Part shown: one piece after another, positions 58,312-64,000 of the stretch
Layout of the letters: the number at the start of each line of letters is the position of its first letter
How positions within the stretch are numbered: position 1 is the stretch's first letter
NCBI GenBank assembly: GCA_965204745.1
Contig: OZ242010.1
Location: 1,568,001-1,632,000, forward strand
Origin: Candidatus Latescibacterota bacterium
GTDB lineage: Bacteria > Latescibacterota > UBA2968
Direction: 5' to 3'
Length of the DNA stretch: 64,000 bases
Position numbers and translations under genes: made by a program
The notes under the pieces: model-generated
What the model was told of the DNA's origin: nothing
The model's input: only the letters and a program-made list of their open reading frames with translations
Database searches by the model: none

Positions 58312-59436
58312 ATGGCTGGTCAGGATGTTTTTCAAGAGGCGTTGGCCCTGGTTTCGCGGGGTGAGAAGGCGGCGTTATCGACGATTGTGTCGAGCAAGGG
58401 GTCGTTGCCGATGAGCAAAAAGGCCAAGATGCTCGTGCGCGCGGATGGCGAGATGGTGGGCACTGTGGGCGGGGGGTGTTTGGAGGCGGATGTGTGGGCC
58501 GAAGCGCGGCAGGTGATGGAAGCGGGCGTGCCGACCTTGCAGAAGTTTATTTTGACGGAGAAACACGCGGGCGAGAACGGTCTCAACTGCGGGGGCAATG
58601 TCGAGATTTTTACCGAGCCATTGTTGCCCGGGCGTGCAGATGAGATGCTCGACGCGATTGCGCGGGTTCGCAAAGCGAGGGGTTCAGCGGTGTTGGCAAC
58701 GCTGGTTTCGGGCGGAGAGCAGATAGGCGCGAAGTTGTTGATCCATCCCGACGGCAGGAGCGCGGGCGGGTTGGGGCACGCAAAAGCCGAGGCGGGCGTG
58801 CGCGAGGAAGTGGCGGGGCTTGCGGCGATTCCCGAAGATTTGCTCGAGGTGGTGGCGATAGGCGCGGAACCGGCCGTGGTGTTTTTGGAGTCGATCTGCC
58901 CGGAACCCACGCTGTTTTTGTTTGGCGGGGGGCACGTTTCCTTTGCCATTGCGCGAATCGCGCAGTCGGTCGGATTTCGGATTGTGGTGATCGACGACCG
59001 GCCGATGTTCGCCAACAAAGCGCGGTTTCCCATGGCGAGTGAGACCCTGACGTTGGATATGGAGACCGCGTTTGATCACTTGGCGATTGACGATTTGTCT
59101 TATGTGGTGGCGGTGACGCGCGGGCACCAACACGACAAGCCGATCATCGAGCAGGCCGTTAAGACGCATGCGGCGTACATCGGGATGATCGGCAGCCGGC
59201 GCAAGATCGCGCTGATGTGGAAGGAATTGGAGGCCAAGGGCATTCCGCGCGAGAAATTGGACGCGGTTCACGCACCGATTGGGTTGGATATCGGCGCGGA
59301 TACGCCCGAAGAGATCGCGGTGAGCGTCGTGGCTGAACTCATTCAAGCGCGCCGCTCAAGGGGCAAACCCACCCATCGCGGCGTCTCGCTGTCCGCGATA
59401 CGAGGTCGCCATGGCGAGCATCACAAGACGCGCTGA
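58312..59436 (+). CDS. XdhC/CoxI/CoxF-family molybdoenzyme accessory protein
   Basis: GTVGGGCLE, CGGNVEIF, FGGGHVS, TRGHQHD, YIGMIGSRRK, APIGLDIGADTPEEIAVS. Confidence 0.92.
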   Translation: MAGQDVFQEALALVSRGEKAALSTIVSSKGSLPMSKKAKMLVRADGEMVGTVGGGCLEADVWAEARQVMEAGVPTLQKFILTEKHAGENGLNCGGNVEIFTEPLLPGRADEMLDAIARVRKARGSAVLATLVSGGEQIGAKLLIHPDGRSAGGLGHAKAEAGVREEVAGLAAIPEDLLEVVAIGAEPAVVFLESICPEPTLFLFGGGHVSFAIARIAQSVGFRIVVIDDRPMFANKARFPMASETLTLDMETAFDHLAIDDLSYVVAVTRGHQHDKPIIEQAVKTHAAYIGMIGSRRKIALMWKELEAKGIPREKLDAVHAPIGLDIGADTPEEIAVSVVAELIQARRSRGKPTHRGVSLSAIRGRHGEHHKTR

Positions 59437-59591
59437 ACAAAGTCGCTGATGGGCGTTGCGACACGCGATACAGGTGATCTTGAGGCCGTTTTGAAAAAAT
59501 AAGGAGGTGATATGAGCGTAGAGATGCGAATGGGTTGTGCGGTTCCGATTTTTGGATGTGTTTTGGTCGTTCTTTTTGAAGGGAGGAAGTC

Positions 59592-62510
59592 ATGATGAGA
59601 TGGATGATCGCACTTATTGCGATGTCGTGGTTGCACGCATCGGCAATGGCCGGGGTGACGGGCAAAATTGCGGGTCAGATCGCGGACCGAGATGGCAGCG
59701 GCGCATTGCCCGGGGCAAATGTGGTGATTTTGGACATGCCCAGCACTTTTGGCGCGGTGTCCGATGCCGAGGGTCATTTTGCGATTTTGAATGTGCCTGC
59801 GGGTACGCATAACCTCAAGTGCAGTTTTATCGGGTATCAAGACGTGGTGCTCAAGGGCATCAAAGTGTTGCCGGATTTGACCACAGAGGTCGATTTTGTG
59901 TTGGCGGCGCAGGCATTGGAAGCCGATGTGCTCGAGGTGGTGGCCGAGCGTCCGCTGGTGCAAAAAGACAATACGAGTTCGCTGCGGTTGGTCACCAGTG
60001 AAGAACTCGAATACATGCCCATCCGCGGGTACGCGGCGGCCACGTCTTTGCAGGCCGGGGTGACGAGTTTGGGCGGCGAATTGCACATCCGCGGCGGGCG
60101 GTATTCCGAAGTGGATTACATCGTCGATGGCGTGTCGCAGAAGGATTTGCAATTCGGCACCTCGACCACGATCCTCAGCAATGGCGCCATCGATCAGGTG
60201 TCGGTGATCGTGGGCGGGTTTGAAGCGGAGTACGGGCGCGTGATGTCGGGCGTCGTCAAGGTGGTGACGCGCGAAGGCGGGCAAAAGTATTCCGGGTCCG
60301 TGGAATACATCACGGATGAGTTGAATGACCGCAGTTGGGCCGGCGCGCCTTCTTTTGGGTACAACAACGTGGATGCGACATTGGGCGGCCCACTGGCACC
60401 CGGGTCGGATCGGCTTTCGTTTTTCGTTTCCGCAGAACGCCTCGACCGCCTCGACCGCGGCCCGCGCTGGGGCGTGGAAGCGCACGAGTGGGAGCGCGAG
60501 TTGTTGTCGGAGGAAGAGTTCGAGTTGCTCAGCGATGGCATTTTGCCGCACTACACCCTCAACCGCTGGGGTTGGCAGGCCAAGTTGTCGTCTCGGGTGT
60601 CGGATGCCGTGGGGTTTAAGGCCGGCGTCGTAGGCTCGATGACGGACCGCTTGAGCTATGTCCACACGTACCGCTACAATTTGCGGCACTCTCCGCGCGT
60701 GACGAGAAACAACAATTCGGCGTTTGCGCGCATCACCTATACGCACGGCGCGAAGACTTTTTTCACCTTGCAGACGAGTCTTTTCGACCAGAACTTCAAG
60801 GGCGGCGACGGGGTTTATTTCGACAATTTGAACGACTATTCCCGGCCGCAGGGCAATCCGCGCTTTGACGCGGAGAATTTGTTTGCCCGCGGGGATGTGG
60901 ATTCCACAGAGATCACGCCCACGACCGAGACGTTCAACGACCGGTCCGTGACGTATTTCGAGGGCGACGAGGGGCGCGTGTATGACGACTTTGAGCAGAG
61001 CAGTTCGTTTTACATCACGCCCATAGATTTTGATTTGACCAGCCAGATCAGCCGCAACCACCAGTTTAAGTTGGGCTTTGACCTCCAGCTACACCGCTTG
61101 CGCTATTTCCGGCACCTGACCCCGACATTGACGTATCGCGGGCCGTACGAGGATGCGGACAACCGGGGCGGGTTCCAAGATACGGATCGCTACGGGTATC
61201 AGTACGATTGGAACAACGAAGTCCTCGAGCCGTTGGACTCGACCCGAGACGCCAAAAAGCAACCCATCTTGGCGTCGTTTTACGTGCAGGACAAGATGGA
61301 GTACGACGGGTTGATCATCAATGCCGGGTTGCGCTACGATTATTTGAATGCGCGCACGGATGTGTTGTCCGACGAGAGCGTGCCCTTGGGGGGCGACTCC
61401 ACGCTGGATCCGCAGGACTTGGCCGGCAACAGCGTGTACCACAAACTCAGCCCGCGCTTGGGCGTTGGGTTTCCGGTGACGGACAAGACCGTGTTCCACA
61501 TGAACTACGGCATTTTTTACCAGCAACCCAAGTTGGAAGACCTGTACGTGGGCTTGGATTATCTCGAATACAAAGCGCCGCTGGGCGGGTATTACTACGC
61601 TTTTGGCAACCCCAACCTCAAGCCGGAAAAGACCACGGCGTACGAAGTGGGCTTGGTGCAACAACTCGGCGGGCATGCCAGCGTGGATATCACGGCGTAC
61701 TACAAAGCCGTGGAAAACCTCGTTCAGGTGGCGACGATTCCGTCCAATCCCGCGGCCTTTTCCTCGTTCCGCAACCGCGACTACGGCACGATTAAGGGGT
61801 TGGACGTCGGCCTTTTGATGCGGCGCAGGGGGCGCACCACAGCGCGCATCTCCTATTCGCTCGCCTTTGCCACGGGCACGGGGTCCACGCCGCAAACCCA
61901 GCGGCAGATCGCTTGGACCTTTCAGCCCGGGGTGAACGAGCCGCCCAAGTCAACCGCGCCGCTCGATTTTGATCAACGCCACAACATTTCCGCGTCGGTG
62001 GATTATCGCTTTGTCGATAATGACGGGCCGAGGCTGCTAGGCGGGCGGCCCCTGTCCAATGCGGGCCTCAATGTGCTGATCGACGCGGGAAGTGGCTTTC
62101 CCTATACGCCCACCTTCACGTTTAATGAAGTGACCACCTTGGCGACGTTTTCCCGGCCTTCGGGTTCGGTCAATTCCAGCTACGGGCCCTGGACGTTCCG
62201 CGTCGATCTCAAGGCCAACAAGCGGTTCAAAATCGCCTCGATTCAGGGCGACTTCTACGTGTGGGTGATCAATCTGTTGAATCGCGCCAATGTGACGGCC
62301 CGCAACACAGACGGCCGCGGCACCGAGTCGGCGTTGTATTCGGGCACGGGCAGTGCCACGACCACGGGTTGGTTGAACACGGATGAAGGCCGCGAATTCG
62401 TGCGGCGATTTGGTCAGTTGGGCGAAGACAAATACAAGCTAAAAGAAAAAGACCCGCGCAACTTTGGCTCGCCCCGACAAGTGCGCTTTGGGCTCGCGCT
62501 CAGCTTCTAA
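59592..62510 (+). CDS. TonB-dependent receptor
   Basis: TGKIAG, carboxypeptidase-regulatory domain, HIRGGR, GGFEAEYG, SPRLGVGFP, GNPNLKPEKT, PRQVRFGLALSF. Confidence 0.9.
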   Translation: MMRWMIALIAMSWLHASAMAGVTGKIAGQIADRDGSGALPGANVVILDMPSTFGAVSDAEGHFAILNVPAGTHNLKCSFIGYQDVVLKGIKVLPDLTTEVDFVLAAQALEADVLEVVAERPLVQKDNTSSLRLVTSEELEYMPIRGYAAATSLQAGVTSLGGELHIRGGRYSEVDYIVDGVSQKDLQFGTSTTILSNGAIDQVSVIVGGFEAEYGRVMSGVVKVVTREGGQKYSGSVEYITDELNDRSWAGAPSFGYNNVDATLGGPLAPGSDRLSFFVSAERLDRLDRGPRWGVEAHEWERELLSEEEFELLSDGILPHYTLNRWGWQAKLSSRVSDAVGFKAGVVGSMTDRLSYVHTYRYNLRHSPRVTRNNNSAFARITYTHGAKTFFTLQTSLFDQNFKGGDGVYFDNLNDYSRPQGNPRFDAENLFARGDVDSTEITPTTETFNDRSVTYFEGDEGRVYDDFEQSSSFYITPIDFDLTSQISRNHQFKLGFDLQLHRLRYFRHLTPTLTYRGPYEDADNRGGFQDTDRYGYQYDWNNEVLEPLDSTRDAKKQPILASFYVQDKMEYDGLIINAGLRYDYLNARTDVLSDESVPLGGDSTLDPQDLAGNSVYHKLSPRLGVGFPVTDKTVFHMNYGIFYQQPKLEDLYVGLDYLEYKAPLGGYYYAFGNPNLKPEKTTAYEVGLVQQLGGHASVDITAYYKAVENLVQVATIPSNPAAFSSFRNRDYGTIKGLDVGLLMRRRGRTTARISYSLAFATGTGSTPQTQRQIAWTFQPGVNEPPKSTAPLDFDQRHNISASVDYRFVDNDGPRLLGGRPLSNAGLNVLIDAGSGFPYTPTFTFNEVTTLATFSRPSGSVNSSYGPWTFRVDLKANKRFKIASIQGDFYVWVINLLNRANVTARNTDGRGTESALYSGTGSATTTGWLNTDEGREFVRRFGQLGEDKYKLKEKDPRNFGSPRQVRFGLALSF

Positions 62511-62523
62511 CAGGAGGTAGGAG

Positions 62524-64000
62524 ATGAAATTTTTGCGAAGTTTGACGCTGACTTTGATGGCCTTGGGCATGGCCGGCACGGCATGGGCCGAACAGCTCAA
62601 TCAAAGGCCGCGGTTGGGCAAAATCGACAATGACAAGCTGATCGATGTGAACAACATCGCCATGTTTGTGACCAACCGAGGATCTTTTGCCTGGGATGTG
62701 GGCACCGGGGCTTCGGGCCTCGAATTTCCCAAGGGCACGGGCAAGACCGCGGTCTTTGCGGCCGGCCCGTGGATCGCGGGGAAGGTGAATGGCGAGATTC
62801 GCGTGGCGATAGCCGAGTATCGGTTTGAGTTCGCGCCCGGCCCCATTTTGCCCGATGGCACGCCTGCGGACCCGCAAAGTGACCGCTATCGCGTGTACAA
62901 GATCAACCGCGGCGATGGCCCGGAAAATCCGGATTACGCGCAGTGGCCCGTGGAAGACGGCGCGCCGGTCAATGCGGATGGCACGCCGATGATGCTGGGC
63001 GATCAGATGTTGTGGGCCGTGTATAACGACGCGGATCCGGGGGTTCACACCGGCATGCAGACCGCGCCTTTGGGCGTTGAAATCCAGCAGACGACCTTTG
63101 CGTTTAACCGCACCGGGCCGCTCGGCAATGTGGTGTTCATCAAGTTTTTGATCCTCAACAAGGGCGGCAACACCATCGACAGCACGTATGTGTCGCTGTG
63201 GTCCGATCCCGACTTGGGGCAGGCCGACAACGATTTGGTGGGGTGCGATGTGGAAACGAGTCTGGGATTTTGCTACAACGGGTCGAACACGGACTCGCAG
63301 TACGGGTCGTCGCCCCCTGCTGTGGGGTACGACTTTTTCAAGGGGCCCATTGGCGACGATGGCGAGGAATTGCCCATGACGTCGTTTAGCAAGTACATCA
63401 ACGGCACGGACCCGAACACGGCAGAAGAGACGTACAATTACATGAAGGGCATCGACGCAGACGGCACGGTGACACTGCACACGGACCCGATTACCGGGCA
63501 GGTCAAGGCGTTTATGGTGGATGGGGATCCGGTTGCGGGCACGGGCTGGAACGACGAGAACCCGGCGGACCGGCGCTTGATGCTCACCGCGGGGCCCTTT
63601 ACGTTCGCGCCCGGGGACACGCAGGAAGTGGTGGGCGCGATCATCCTGGGGCAAGGGCAAGACCGGCTCACGTCGATCACCGCGGCGCGGTTCAACGACA
63701 CGTTTGCCCAGTCGGCTTTTGACGCCAATTTTGAATTGCCCTCGCCGCCGCCCGCGCCCAAAGTGCTGGTCGCGACTACGGGCGACCACATGGGCAATGG
63801 CAAAATTCAGTTGACCTGGGGCAAGGATTCGGAAATTTCTAGCGGCGACTATGCGTTTGAAGGGTACAACGTGTACCAGGGCGAGTCTGTCGCAGGCCCG
63901 TGGCGGCGCATTGCGACTTTTGACGTGATCAACGGGTCGGCGATTATTTTCGACAATCAGTTTGACGAAGGCTCTGGCGTGGTGGTCAATTCGCCCGCGC
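62524..64000 (+). CDS. Large secreted protein (FCB-type, possible T9SS substrate), runs off the window end
   Basis: Not in the ORF track; SD aggagg; MKFLRSLTLTLMALGMAGTAWA-EQ...IDVNNIAMFVTNRG...GLEFPKGTGKTAVFAAGPWIAG...GDQMLWAVYND...WSDPDLG; no stop seen before 64000. Confidence 0.8.
   Translation, partial: MKFLRSLTLTLMALGMAGTAWAEQLNQRPRLGKIDNDKLIDVNNIAMFVTNRGSFAWDVGTGASGLEFPKGTGKTAVFAAGPWIAGKVNGEIRVAIAEYRFEFAPGPILPDGTPADPQSDRYRVYKINRGDGPENPDYAQWPVEDGAPVNADGTPMMLGDQMLWAVYNDADPGVHTGMQTAPLGVEIQQTTFAFNRTGPLGNVVFIKFLILNKGGNTIDSTYVSLWSDPDLGQADNDLVGCDVETSLGFCYNGSNTDSQYGSSPPAVGYDFFKGPIGDDGEELPMTSFSKYINGTDPNTAEETYNYMKGIDADGTVTLHTDPITGQVKAFMVDGDPVAGTGWNDENPADRRLMLTAGPFTFAPGDTQEVVGAIILGQGQDRLTSITAARFNDTFAQSAFDANFELPSPPPAPKVLVATTGDHMGNGKIQLTWGKDSEISSGDYAFEGYNVYQGESVAGPWRRIATFDVINGSAIIFDNQFDEGSGVVVNSPA

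Noticed and set aside
59421-61061. Long antisense ORFs (also 13380-14543, 43213-44451, 51764-52930, 55372-56688, 62500-63789)
   Set aside because: Shadow frames opposite well-supported genes in GC-rich DNA
1-64000. tRNA/rRNA genes, cas genes, prophage or reverse transcriptase
   Set aside because: None recognised by eye; a tRNAscan/Infernal run would be needed to exclude small RNAs

Overview
GC-rich (~60%) Gram-negative bacterial chromosome segment. Abundant sulfatases, TonB-dependent receptors, EF-hand/dockerin-like secreted proteins and an Rpn nuclease suggest an FCB-group (Latescibacterota/Gemmatimonadota-like) organism; this is inference only. In order: a sulfatase/sugar-catabolism cluster; a full-length Pnkp RNA-repair gene with no adjacent Hen1; an orphan BrnA antitoxin behind a deleted BrnT; glgB and mutY; a 1000-aa outer-membrane protein; a 2215-aa repeat adhesin; an Rpn gene with an internal start; a four-gene operon joining a BpsA-like polyamine synthase to a DUF2156 aminoacyl-transferase; an IS110 element; a MATE pump; a double-length UvrA; a Pho-box-marked locus (TonB receptor plus beta-helix protein divergent from porin-pstSCAB-phoU); coxD/coxE/xdhC-like genes split by a type II R-M pair; and a second TonB receptor with a large secreted protein. 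Intergenic DNA is a mosaic of heptamer tandem repeats and MITE/REP-like modules. The clearest result is an apparently complete IS110 bridge-recombinase element (31367-32661) inserted in register into an (AGGTAAG)n array. Its ncRNA has readable donor and target guides, and the right target guide matches the host heptamer repeat exactly.
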